Source of the DNA: a virus
DNA: 64,000 nucleotides
Direction: 5' to 3' (one strand)
Virus record (IMG/VR): IMGVR_UViG_3300004369_000006
Location: 1 to 64,000 of that record
Positions 1-10,220 of the stretch are shown piece by piece; position 1 is the first letter of the stretch; each line of letters opens with the position of its first letter. Below the pieces are notes generated by a model. That model saw nothing but the letters and a program-made list of their open reading frames with translations, was not told the origin of the DNA and did not search any database. The position numbers and the translations under genes were made by a program.

Positions 1-6
1 GGACAA

Positions 7-2028
7 ATGATTAAGCGTGCTGATGGTTCTTATAGTCGTAGAGGATTATGGGATAACATCCGTGCTAATCGTGGTTCAGGTAAAAAGCCTACTAAAGAAA
101 TGCTTGAGCAAGAACGCAAGATTAAAGCAGAAGAAAAAGCTATGGGTGGGGAAATGTATGCTCAAGGAGGTTCATTTGACAACCCAGGATTTAAAGCATT
201 ACCTAAAGAAGTACAAATGCAAATCATGGCAAACACAAATGCTTATGGTGGAGAGATGTACGCTAATGGTGGTAGCTTTGATAACCCAGGTTTCCGTGCG
301 TTACCTGCTGAGGTACAAGCTAAGATAAAAGGAGAAGCTATGGGTTATGGCGGTGAGATGTATGCACAAGGTGGAAGTATTGAAATAGACCCTGCTAAGC
401 GAGGTACATTTAAGGCACAAGCTACTCGTATGGGTATGAGTGTGCAAGAAGCCGCAGAAGCTATTTTAAATGCTCCTAAGGGAAAGTATAGCCCTGAGAT
501 GCGTAAGAAGGCAAACTTTGCTAAGAACTTTGCTAAAGCATACGGTGGCAATATGTATGCTTATGGTGGTGAGTTACCTTATAGTTTTGAGATGGGTGGT
601 GAAATGTTGCAGACTATTGACAACGGAGGTACTCATGAAGAAAATCCTAATGGCGGTGTACCTGCTACTCCTGATGGCATGAACTTAGTTGAAGAAGGAG
701 AAACTGTAATGAACGGTAACTTTGTATTTAGTAATCGTCTTAAAGTAACTCCTGAGGTTGCACGTGAGTTTAGCTTAGGTAAGAAAGCAGTAGGCAAAAC
801 TTATGCTGATGTATCTAAGACGTATAAAGATAAGGAAAGACCTAATGATCGCTTTATCAATAAAGCTAACAAGATAACTCTTGACAACTTAGCAGAAGCA
901 CAAGAATCTTATAAAGCTGTTGAACAAGCTAAGTATGAGCAAGATGCTATGGAAATGCAAAATGCTGTTATGCAGCAGCAAATGATGGAAGCTCAACAGC
1001 AACAAATGCAAGAACCTATAGATCCTAATAATCCTATGGTGCGGTCACAAATAGCACAGATGGGAGCTATTCAACAACAGCAAGCACAAGAAATGCAACA
1101 AGCTATGCTACAACAAGACATGGCTCAAGGACAACCTATGATGCCTCAACAACAGATGGGCTATGGTGGTAAGATGAAATATCAAACAGGAGGACCTTTT
1201 GGCAGTGTTCCTATGAATTTATTACCACAAGCATTAAATCAATATAATGCAATATATAATACAGATTATGACTTAGGAGAACCTGACCCTAGTATGGTTA
1301 CTCTTCCTTTAGCTTTTGAGGATACTCAAGCAGTAGACATGATGGATTTAATATTAACTCCTCAAGACTACGATTTAACTAGACAAAATATTGCAAAACT
1401 TAATCCACAAATCACTGAAACAACTCCTATAAATCCTAGTACGCGTAGACGTAAGATTGGAGAAGCATTATCTTATGCTCCCGCAGTTACAAGTGCTGCT
1501 GGAATGATTCAGGCTATGCGTGATAGGGTTCCAAATTTACAAGCTGCACAAACTGATATTCGTTTTGATCAACCTGCTATGGATATGACACAAGCTAGAG
1601 CAGATGCTGCTACAGCTATGCGTACAGGTATGCGAGGAGCTGCTGCAGGAAGTCGTGGTTCAGTAGGTACTTACTTAGATGCTACAGAAAGAATAACAGG
1701 AGCTACTGCACGTGCTCTTGGACAGACTGCTATGCAACAAGAAATGTACAATCGTCAGTTAGAGCAACAAGCAAATCAGTTAGCTTATCAACAAGCTGCT
1801 AGAAATGCTCAAGCTCGTATGATGGCTGATGACTTTAACATTGCAGGAGAAACTGCTAAGACAGATCGTATACTTGAAATGATGGCAGCCACAGGACAGA
1901 ATATTGGTAATATAGGAATAGATATCCAAAACCGTGAGATGGTAAATCAAATGCCGTACTTGTATGATATTTATGCTGGTTTTAAAGGAATGAGAAATAC
2001 AGGAAATACCGAAAATCCTAACGGATAA
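7..2028 (+). CDS. Virion cargo protein (crAss cargo protein 1-like) with GG-punctuated repeats; probably 5'-truncated by the window edge
   Basis: GGTHEENPNGGV...VEEGE...FVFSNRL motif typical of crAss-like cargo proteins; repeated MYAxGG; Q/M-rich linker; frame is open to base 1 (GGA CAA ATG). Confidence 0.7.
   Translation: MIKRADGSYSRRGLWDNIRANRGSGKKPTKEMLEQERKIKAEEKAMGGEMYAQGGSFDNPGFKALPKEVQMQIMANTNAYGGEMYANGGSFDNPGFRALPAEVQAKIKGEAMGYGGEMYAQGGSIEIDPAKRGTFKAQATRMGMSVQEAAEAILNAPKGKYSPEMRKKANFAKNFAKAYGGNMYAYGGELPYSFEMGGEMLQTIDNGGTHEENPNGGVPATPDGMNLVEEGETVMNGNFVFSNRLKVTPEVAREFSLGKKAVGKTYADVSKTYKDKERPNDRFINKANKITLDNLAEAQESYKAVEQAKYEQDAMEMQNAVMQQQMMEAQQQQMQEPIDPNNPMVRSQIAQMGAIQQQQAQEMQQAMLQQDMAQGQPMMPQQQMGYGGKMKYQTGGPFGSVPMNLLPQALNQYNAIYNTDYDLGEPDPSMVTLPLAFEDTQAVDMMDLILTPQDYDLTRQNIAKLNPQITETTPINPSTRRRKIGEALSYAPAVTSAAGMIQAMRDRVPNLQAAQTDIRFDQPAMDMTQARADAATAMRTGMRGAAAGSRGSVGTYLDATERITGATARALGQTAMQQEMYNRQLEQQANQLAYQQAARNAQARMMADDFNIAGETAKTDRILEMMAATGQNIGNIGIDIQNREMVNQMPYLYDIYAGFKGMRNTGNTENPNG
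145..378 (+). repeat. In-frame 102-nt (34-aa) tandem repeat, GGEMYAxGGS(FDNPGFxALPxEVQ)
   Basis: Units start at 145, 247 and 349 with an exact 102-nt period; synonymous divergence between copies. Confidence 0.9.
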
Positions 2029-2051
2029 TTATATAAAATATACCATTAGAT

Positions 2052-4433
2052 ATGGCAATTAGTAAATACAGTAGGTCTATAAAAATGCCTCAATATACTC
2101 CACGTAGTATTGAGGAATACATGATGGTTCCTAAAGCAAGTACAGAAGCTTTACTAGGTAGTCAAGAAGCACTTAGCAATATGCTATTTGATAAAAACTT
2201 ATTACCTAAAGATAAAGCAAAATTACAAGAGATTATAGATCCTTTTAGTCAACGTATTGATGCTTTGTCTGAAAAGGTAGCTAAAGGAGATATTAGTCCT
2301 AATACTTTAATGGATTTAAATGTCTTGTCTACTGATTACAGAAGATTAGTATCTCCTACAGGAACTTATGGTCGTGCTGCTACTAATTATGACCTTGCTA
2401 TGGATTATGTAAGGACTGCTGCAAAAACATATGACCAAGATCCTTTAATTGCTCAAGCAGCAGCTACTGAATATATAAATTCTTTTTCTACTTATGGAGA
2501 TGAAGGATTTGATAATGGAGTTATGTTTGTAGGTAATGCAATGCCTTCTTTTGTAGATACTCAAGAATACATTACAAACTTAGCTAAGAATGTATCAGCA
2601 GATCGTTTTGCTGTATATCTAGATGAGGAAGGTAAAGCTATGCTTCAACAGCCTGGAATGAATTATACATTGTATGATTTACTAGGGCATATTGATCAGA
2701 AAAATGCTGGAAAAATTCAGCAACTTATTTTTGATACCGCAAAAATTGATCCTGATTTTGTTAAGAGTTATAACTTCCAAATGAAGTATCAAGGACTTCC
2801 TATGTTATACACTAGTCAAAGAGATGCTAAGGGAGAGGAAAAATATATTCTTAATCCCGCTACTCCATTTTATCAAATGACTAATGCATTAGCTAAAGGC
2901 ATGAGTAGCCGTAAAGAATCTTTTCAAGATACTACTCCTGCACAATCAAAAACGACTCAAATATCTGGAGGCGGTGATGTAGAACCTCCTGTAGCTAAAA
3001 CTTCAGAATTAAATGACATACAAGTTTTTAGAGATAATTATGTCGCAGTTCAAAGTTATACTGCAGTTGCAGATCAAAAAATGCAATTAGTAACAAGTGA
3101 TCCTGAATCCGCTAGTAATTTAACAGGATTAATGAATACAGATGAAAGTTTCTTTGATTTTGAAAATTCTACTGCGGGTATAAATCAAGCGCGTCAAAAC
3201 TTTTATGGAGGCGTATATGATTTTATAGCCAATTTAAATAATCCTGGGGTAAGTAAAGATCAAGCAATTCAAGCATTTTTAAATAAAAACCCACAAGTAG
3301 ATAAAGAACAATTTGTGCAGTATATATCAAATGAAAACAATTTGAATTATTTACTGACAGCTGCAGATGCTTTTGCTAGTAAAGATACAGGTGATGCCCA
3401 GTTAAGCTTATATGAAGCTAATGTAGATGCTGAATATCAAGAAATAATAAAAGCGTATGGTTCTCAAGAAGAATTAAATTCTGAATTAGGATTGCCTGGT
3501 ACTGGGTTAAGAATTTTACCAATAACTGGATCTAAGTTTATCAAAGGGGTTTTTAAAAATACTGATTTTGAAAAACGAGAAAAAGCAATTTATGAGAATA
3601 ATCTACGCTTTTTAATTACAGGAGGACGTCAAGCATACCTTGATGCAGTTAATCAAGATTATGCAAAATTAAAAGAAGAAATAAAAGCTAAGTATGCTGG
3701 TAACTCTGCTGTAATAAATATACTAGATAATTTTAATCTTGAACAAGGAGCTACAGAAAGCTATGTAAATAGAATTGCGGATAACTTCAAAGAAGAAGTT
3801 TTTGATAATAAACAGTTAAATCAACGTGTAACTCAAAGTAATATTAGCTACGATATACCTGATGTTCCTGATTTAGAAAATGATCGTAATAACTTATTAG
3901 GGCGTATTGTTGATAACGCTGCTACAGTAAATACAGTTGGAGGTACTACTTTATTAGATGCTCTTGAAAATGCTGGAATTAAAAAAGGTATTTATGATAA
4001 AAATAATTATCAATTAAATATAATTCCACAAGGCGGACGTAATTACATACAAATGGTATTTACAAATGACGAAGGAAAAAGTGTTGCATTTGTAATGCAA
4101 TTAGCTGGGGATAAAAATAATGCAGCAGAAAAGTTTATTAGTAAAGTAGCCAACAATCCGAAGTTTTTAAAGCAGACTGGTACAAGTACATCTGCGATGC
4201 TTATAAATCTGAATGATCGGCTTTTCCAAACTGGAATGACTCCTCAATATAATCAATTACGTTTAGCTAAGCCAGGAGAAAATATACAAGTTACTGTAGG
4301 ATTTGGTGTTGCTCAAGTAGAAGTAATAGAAGGCACTGTTAATAAAAAATCCTATAATATAACTATGCCCGATGGTACTAAAAAATCTATGGATACCGCA
4401 GAAGAAGTAATGAATTATATTTTATCTAATTAA
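2052..4433 (+). CDS. Putative virion cargo/ejection protein (793 aa)
   Basis: Long ORF between cargo protein 1 and the giant ejection genes; no Cys; no catalytic motif recognised. Confidence 0.55.
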   Translation: MAISKYSRSIKMPQYTPRSIEEYMMVPKASTEALLGSQEALSNMLFDKNLLPKDKAKLQEIIDPFSQRIDALSEKVAKGDISPNTLMDLNVLSTDYRRLVSPTGTYGRAATNYDLAMDYVRTAAKTYDQDPLIAQAAATEYINSFSTYGDEGFDNGVMFVGNAMPSFVDTQEYITNLAKNVSADRFAVYLDEEGKAMLQQPGMNYTLYDLLGHIDQKNAGKIQQLIFDTAKIDPDFVKSYNFQMKYQGLPMLYTSQRDAKGEEKYILNPATPFYQMTNALAKGMSSRKESFQDTTPAQSKTTQISGGGDVEPPVAKTSELNDIQVFRDNYVAVQSYTAVADQKMQLVTSDPESASNLTGLMNTDESFFDFENSTAGINQARQNFYGGVYDFIANLNNPGVSKDQAIQAFLNKNPQVDKEQFVQYISNENNLNYLLTAADAFASKDTGDAQLSLYEANVDAEYQEIIKAYGSQEELNSELGLPGTGLRILPITGSKFIKGVFKNTDFEKREKAIYENNLRFLITGGRQAYLDAVNQDYAKLKEEIKAKYAGNSAVINILDNFNLEQGATESYVNRIADNFKEEVFDNKQLNQRVTQSNISYDIPDVPDLENDRNNLLGRIVDNAATVNTVGGTTLLDALENAGIKKGIYDKNNYQLNIIPQGGRNYIQMVFTNDEGKSVAFVMQLAGDKNNAAEKFISKVANNPKFLKQTGTSTSAMLINLNDRLFQTGMTPQYNQLRLAKPGENIQVTVGFGVAQVEVIEGTVNKKSYNITMPDGTKKSMDTAEEVMNYILSN

Positions 4434-4439
4434 AATAGA

Positions 4440-7400
4440 ATGGCACAACAATTAAATAAGTTTAATCTACCTGAGCCTCCTGAAAAAGATAATAATAACT
4501 GGACTGCGGAAGATTATTTGGCACAAAATAGATTATTTCGTGTCAACTTTGCTCCTGAAAATACACAGCCTAAGTTTGCTCCTACTACAGGAGAGTTATT
4601 ATATGATCCTGAAATTGTTAGAAGGCAAACAGGAAATTTAGGATTAAGCTTTGATGTAAACAATCAGCAGGAAGAACAATACTTACCTGGTTTATATCAA
4701 CCTACTAGTCAGCGTATTGCAAATTTTGTTCCTACGTTATTAGCAAATATAGTAGGTGAAGCAGCACATATTGCAAGTGCTGTTCCTGATATGGTAGACT
4801 TAGTTGCTACAGGTACGGGTTTAACTAATGAACCTATTTTTGGTTGGTACGATAACATTGAATCTTTTAAGAACAAAGTTATAGATGAGAATATTCCTAC
4901 GTATATGACCAAAGAATATGCCGAGGGAAACCTGGGTTTTTGGGAGTCTTTAGGACATGCGGAATTCTATAATAAAGAATTAGCTCCTACATTAGGTTTT
5001 CTTGTCGGAGCATATGGTACAGGTTATGCAGCTTCTGCGTTAAAATTGGGTACACGTGCAGTAAACCTAGGAGTAAACATAAATAAAACTTTAAGTAATT
5101 CAAAAAAGATTACAGACGGAACTCGTTTAGCAAACCTTACTAATAAAGCTGACTTTGCTGCACAGGTTGCTACACAGACTATGTATGAGTCTATAGCAGA
5201 AGCTAACCATGTTCGTATGGAGATGCTTGAGTACTACGAGCCTTTAATTAAAGCAGGTACGATTGACCCACAAGTTGTTAATGAACGTATAAATGCTGCT
5301 GCGGGTAGAACTTTTTTAGCTAATGCCGCTTTACTTGGATTTACCAATGCAGGTTCTACTGCTATTATAAATAAAATATTTCCTACGCTTAAGCCTGCTG
5401 CTAGGACAGCATTAGATAAAGGACCTTTTTCACGAATGTGGGATAAGGCAGGACTCCTTGTAAGTGATCCTATTCGTTTTGGAGGTAAGGCATTTACTTG
5501 GGATGTAGCAAAAGGAGTAGGAGCAGGTATATTTACAGAAGGTTTCGAAGAAGGAGCACAGTCTATATTTAGTGATACCTATAAGCAATTAGCAAAATCA
5601 GACCGCATTAGCCAAATGGGTTATAATGTGTTAAATGATATGAGTGCATTTGCTATAAACTTATCAGGTCAGCTAGGTACTAGTGAGTTTAATAAAGCAA
5701 TTATTCTTGGAGGAGTTATTGGAGGTATGGCTGGGGGTATTGGTAATGCTCGTCAGTACTTAGGTGATGTTAAAAAAGCAGAAAATATTCGCACTAACCT
5801 TCAAGACCAATGGAATAATAATGTCAATATTCTTCGTGAAGTTTCTATAACTGATGAGAATGGTCAGATTGTATTTGATGAACAAGGTAATCCACAAATA
5901 AATGTTAGTCAATTAAAAAATGCAATCTCCCGTAACATTGAAAACAGCGCAGATCTTCAAATTTTAGAAAAGCTTGTTGAGGAGGGAGAAACAGAAAAGG
6001 CACAAGGATTCTTTATGTCACGTATGATGGCTCCTATGATACATCAGTATGTAGACCATCCTCAAGGTAAAGAATTTCTAATGGCTAATCTGCGTAATGC
6101 TCTTATTCAGAATGGTAGAGAAGAAGCAGTAGAAGCATTACCTCAAGAAATTGAAGATGCTGTAGGTAAATACTATGATCATTACAAAGCAGCTTATGAA
6201 GAAATATCTCCTGAGGTTGGTAACTACTTAAGGAGCAGAGTTTCTATTATTGGTAACCAAACTAAACTAAGTAAGTTATTAAAACTTAAAAACCGTTATC
6301 GTCCAGGACTTAAACAGGATATAACTGAAGAAGAAAAAGCAGAGTTTAAAGCTCAAAAAGAAATGTTTATTAAGAATGTAAGTTATGCTGCTACTAATGC
6401 GGCTACACGTAGAAACATTCTTAAAGAAGAAATTGAAGAGTTAGATAATGTTATACAGCAGTTAGAATTTGAATTAGAAACTGCAGAAAGTAAAGAAACT
6501 AAAAACTTAGTAAAGGTTAAGATTGAGGCTCGTAAAGATTCTCGTGCAGAAAAACTACAGCATAAAGCTATTGTAGAAAGCGAGTTATCATCTTTGTTTA
6601 CTCCTGAGTTTTATAATAAAGAGTTTAGTAAGTTTTTAGATTTAGACAAAAACTTTGAGTACTTAACTCAATATGAAGCCGAGATTCAAAAGACCATAGA
6701 TGCTCTTGAAAGAGATGCTAAAGCAAATGGTTATGAGTTTGGTCCTGCTGATAGTACTGAACTATTAGAAAGTCCTAGATCTAACGATGTTAGAGATCGT
6801 TTAAAAGAATCTGTATACTTCCGTAAGGGTAATGACTTCTATACTTTAATCAAGTCACCACAAGGCATAAGTTTTATGGCTAAGGTGAATAAAGATGGCA
6901 GTATAGATAGTAATATGAAACCTGTTTATTTAGCCGTAGCAGAAGACGCAGGATACTTTGATGGCATGACTATGCTATCTAAAGAAGAAAAGGATAAAAT
7001 TATTCAAGTATATAACATTAAGTCACAAGTTACTGCACTTAGTGAAGTACTTAATGAAGAACAGAATAAAGAAAATACTAATTTAAGTGAGTTACAAAAC
7101 CAACTTAGTGAAGTAAATAGAATTTTAAACAATGTTAGAAATAAACTTTCTTATCGGAAATCAAGGGTTGCGGAACTCCAACAAAATCCAACGGAAGAAA
7201 ACCTTCAAAAGATTCAAGAATACGCTGATGACATTGCTACGTTCACTGAGAAGGTTATTGAATTAAAAGGAATTAAAGAGCAATTACAAGCAACTCTTGA
7301 TACTGCTACAGAAGTTGGAAGTCAGTACAAACAAATATTAAATGCTATTGATGGTTATGTTACTCAGTATGGTAACTTAACTACTTTAGATGTAATAGAA

Positions 7401-10220
7401 GGAATGGAAGTTCTTCCTCTTAGCCAAGGTGTTATTAATAACTTCTTTAGCTTAGACGAAGTACAATCGGTATTTGGCAAAGTAGAAAATCCTCCTGTTG
7501 ATTTTGAATCATATAATCTTTGGCAAGAGCATATTAATCAATTACGAGAAAACTTTAAGCAGACCTCTAATCAAATTAAGGAGTTAGAAAAAACCATTAA
7601 GAAAACTAAGAAAGGAATTGTAAATACCATTTTATATAATCTTACGGGTTTAAGTAAAACTGCGGATATTCCATTGTCTGCTATTGCAGAATTTATTCAA
7701 GATGATGTTCCTAATGGAGAAGCTTTAGTAGAACTTATAAATGTTTACATAGCAAATCCTTTAAATGTTGGTACAGCATTTGAAACAAACATTAATAAGG
7801 ATGCAGAATACTATGATCAGCTTATATCAGGATTAGATATTGATAATTTGTCAAGTCAGTTTTTTACTGCGTTTACAGATTCATCTACTAGTCCTGAGAT
7901 TGTTAAACAAATCGAACAGTCTTTAAATAATCTTAGTGCGTTTAATAAATCCAAAATAGAACTTGACCAAAGTATAGGTCAGATAGAAGATGCTTTTACG
8001 CGATTCTTAAATTTACAAGAACAGCTAGATAACCTACAAACTGAAATTGAATATACTAATGACTTTGTAGCAAACTTAAATAGTATTATAGCTAAGGTAA
8101 GTGATTATGTCAATCAGATAGGTACGCAGGGATATATTATAGATCGTAATACTCAAACAAATACTGAACCTGATGTAGATCAGTCTACTGATGCACTTAC
8201 CTCAGAACGTGAAGCTTTTGGTTTACGTAAGTCTAATCTTATTACTACAATTAATGGTATTACTAAGATTGTAAATGGTCGAGTACAGTATGATCAAAAT
8301 GGAATGCCTATTCTTAATGAAGAAGAAGAAACATATCCTGAGAGTATAGCAGCTAATACTTGGATTAACAATCAAGATGCTACCACGTTTGCAAAGAATT
8401 ATAAAATGCGTATTGCAAGTGCTGCGCAGTTAGAACAAATCTTTGCTAATACAGATCAGACAGTACCTGTAACAGATGATACTGCATTATATGTAGTGCC
8501 TGTAGACAATGCAGGTAATCCTGTAAGACAAGATGGCTACATTGTATATTTTGGATTACCAAATGTTAGTACTACATTCCCTAGTGAAGGACGTTCTACT
8601 TTAAATGAGGGTTATGTAATCAATGAAGTATTTGAAATAGTTGATGATGTTGTTGAGTTTAACAATACCAAGTACGATTTAAAAAGCGCAGAGGACTACG
8701 CAATTGTTTTAGCAGAGGCTAATAAGATATTACAAAATCGCTACAGCAACTATCGTACTGAGTTACAACAACGTGCTCAGGCAGGTGAAACTATCCTCTT
8801 AGAGCCTGAAGGATTAAGTAAGGGAGTTGCGGTAGTTAATCGTGTTTTAAATAAGGATACAGGTGAGATAGAAACTGTATATCGCAGTGCTAATACCTTA
8901 GACAATGTAGAAAACATTGAAATAGCATACGACTCATCTATTGAAAATCCAGTAACAGGATTTATTGAACCTGCTATTCCAGGTTCAGTAATTGCATATA
9001 TGGCAGATGGTAAAGCTGCAACACTTAATACTCGTAAGCTTAATGATGCGCAGGTAGATACTGCAATTAAATTATTAGGGTATTTAGGATACAGTGCAAA
9101 TTTGCAAATGGCTGTAGATTATAATGGACAGGCTGTGTCTATCTTACCTACTAGTAATCAAAATGGTTTAATAGATTTGTTAATGCCTTGGGGTATTAGT
9201 TTCAGTGAAGAAGGTAATATTCGTAATCAAAACATTCTGATTACAGGTAAAGGTTTAAACAATCGTAAGCTTACTTATATGCGTAATGGTAACATTACCA
9301 ATATAGATTTGCAATCTATTGTTACTGTTAATAATGATGGTAGTCTAGAAGTAAATAGAGATAATCCACAAGTACTTGAGCTTATTGAATTCTTAAAAAC
9401 TAAAAGTCATAACGTTAATGGTAAGGCATTAAATAATCCTATGTTTGCAAATTCTTTTGCAATGCCTACAGACATTAATATAAAAACGGATAAGGTTACC
9501 TTAGGTAAAGAATACAAATCCTATGAAGCTTATGTATTAGATAACACAGTTACACATTTAGTACCTGATAATTCTAATGCTCCTCAGTTTTTAAATCGGT
9601 ATGTAATCTTACCTCAGACATTACCTGCTCGTCCTAAGGCACAAGCACCTAAACAAAAAGCTCCTACAGTTACTCCACAGCAAACTCAAAATGCAGGGGC
9701 TAAAATTCAAAAGGCGGACACATCTATTTTTGATGAAAAGGCTACTATTAATCCTACTAGTGTACCAAAATCAGATAATGGAATACAAGGGTCTTTACAA
9801 GTTGTGAGTGGAGGATTACGAGTTCTTGCTAATTTTAATTTAAATTCTAGAGGTGTATTTACTACACTAGGATCTAGGACTTTTACAATAGATGAAAATG
9901 GCAAAACTATTAATGAAATAGCTCCTGAAACAAATGAAGTAGTTACCAACGAGATATTTAAAGAATTAAATACTTATACAAAAACTTTAGATCAGAATTC
10001 AACTGATTTTAATTTTAAAGATTTAGTAGATAATTTGCCAATGAAAGATAGTGATATAGCATTTGCAGTTGATTTTACTAAAGAAGAAACTACTCCCACT
10101 CCACCTGAAACTCCTCCTGTAGAACAAGAGGAAGAAACACAATGTGGCACAGGATCAGGAAAGCCTGCAAGTAAGAGTAAAAAGCAAGGAGCTAAAACCA
10201 AAAGAAAATCAGCTAAGTAA
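4440..10220 (+). CDS. Giant ejection/cargo protein (1926 aa), probably membrane-channel forming and RNAP-associated
   Basis: N-terminal Gly-rich hydrophobic helices (LGFLVGAYGTGYAASAL, AIILGGVIGGMAGGIG), EGFEEGAQ motif, long coiled coils, position directly before the RNAP gene. Confidence 0.65.
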   Translation: MAQQLNKFNLPEPPEKDNNNWTAEDYLAQNRLFRVNFAPENTQPKFAPTTGELLYDPEIVRRQTGNLGLSFDVNNQQEEQYLPGLYQPTSQRIANFVPTLLANIVGEAAHIASAVPDMVDLVATGTGLTNEPIFGWYDNIESFKNKVIDENIPTYMTKEYAEGNLGFWESLGHAEFYNKELAPTLGFLVGAYGTGYAASALKLGTRAVNLGVNINKTLSNSKKITDGTRLANLTNKADFAAQVATQTMYESIAEANHVRMEMLEYYEPLIKAGTIDPQVVNERINAAAGRTFLANAALLGFTNAGSTAIINKIFPTLKPAARTALDKGPFSRMWDKAGLLVSDPIRFGGKAFTWDVAKGVGAGIFTEGFEEGAQSIFSDTYKQLAKSDRISQMGYNVLNDMSAFAINLSGQLGTSEFNKAIILGGVIGGMAGGIGNARQYLGDVKKAENIRTNLQDQWNNNVNILREVSITDENGQIVFDEQGNPQINVSQLKNAISRNIENSADLQILEKLVEEGETEKAQGFFMSRMMAPMIHQYVDHPQGKEFLMANLRNALIQNGREEAVEALPQEIEDAVGKYYDHYKAAYEEISPEVGNYLRSRVSIIGNQTKLSKLLKLKNRYRPGLKQDITEEEKAEFKAQKEMFIKNVSYAATNAATRRNILKEEIEELDNVIQQLEFELETAESKETKNLVKVKIEARKDSRAEKLQHKAIVESELSSLFTPEFYNKEFSKFLDLDKNFEYLTQYEAEIQKTIDALERDAKANGYEFGPADSTELLESPRSNDVRDRLKESVYFRKGNDFYTLIKSPQGISFMAKVNKDGSIDSNMKPVYLAVAEDAGYFDGMTMLSKEEKDKIIQVYNIKSQVTALSEVLNEEQNKENTNLSELQNQLSEVNRILNNVRNKLSYRKSRVAELQQNPTEENLQKIQEYADDIATFTEKVIELKGIKEQLQATLDTATEVGSQYKQILNAIDGYVTQYGNLTTLDVIEGMEVLPLSQGVINNFFSLDEVQSVFGKVENPPVDFESYNLWQEHINQLRENFKQTSNQIKELEKTIKKTKKGIVNTILYNLTGLSKTADIPLSAIAEFIQDDVPNGEALVELINVYIANPLNVGTAFETNINKDAEYYDQLISGLDIDNLSSQFFTAFTDSSTSPEIVKQIEQSLNNLSAFNKSKIELDQSIGQIEDAFTRFLNLQEQLDNLQTEIEYTNDFVANLNSIIAKVSDYVNQIGTQGYIIDRNTQTNTEPDVDQSTDALTSEREAFGLRKSNLITTINGITKIVNGRVQYDQNGMPILNEEEETYPESIAANTWINNQDATTFAKNYKMRIASAAQLEQIFANTDQTVPVTDDTALYVVPVDNAGNPVRQDGYIVYFGLPNVSTTFPSEGRSTLNEGYVINEVFEIVDDVVEFNNTKYDLKSAEDYAIVLAEANKILQNRYSNYRTELQQRAQAGETILLEPEGLSKGVAVVNRVLNKDTGEIETVYRSANTLDNVENIEIAYDSSIENPVTGFIEPAIPGSVIAYMADGKAATLNTRKLNDAQVDTAIKLLGYLGYSANLQMAVDYNGQAVSILPTSNQNGLIDLLMPWGISFSEEGNIRNQNILITGKGLNNRKLTYMRNGNITNIDLQSIVTVNNDGSLEVNRDNPQVLELIEFLKTKSHNVNGKALNNPMFANSFAMPTDINIKTDKVTLGKEYKSYEAYVLDNTVTHLVPDNSNAPQFLNRYVILPQTLPARPKAQAPKQKAPTVTPQQTQNAGAKIQKADTSIFDEKATINPTSVPKSDNGIQGSLQVVSGGLRVLANFNLNSRGVFTTLGSRTFTIDENGKTINEIAPETNEVVTNEIFKELNTYTKTLDQNSTDFNFKDLVDNLPMKDSDIAFAVDFTKEETTPTPPETPPVEQEEETQCGTGSGKPASKSKKQGAKTKRKSAK

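Noticed and set aside
940-1160. Q/M-rich low-complexity tract as a DNA repeat element
   Set aside because: No nucleotide periodicity; consistent with a disordered protein linker.
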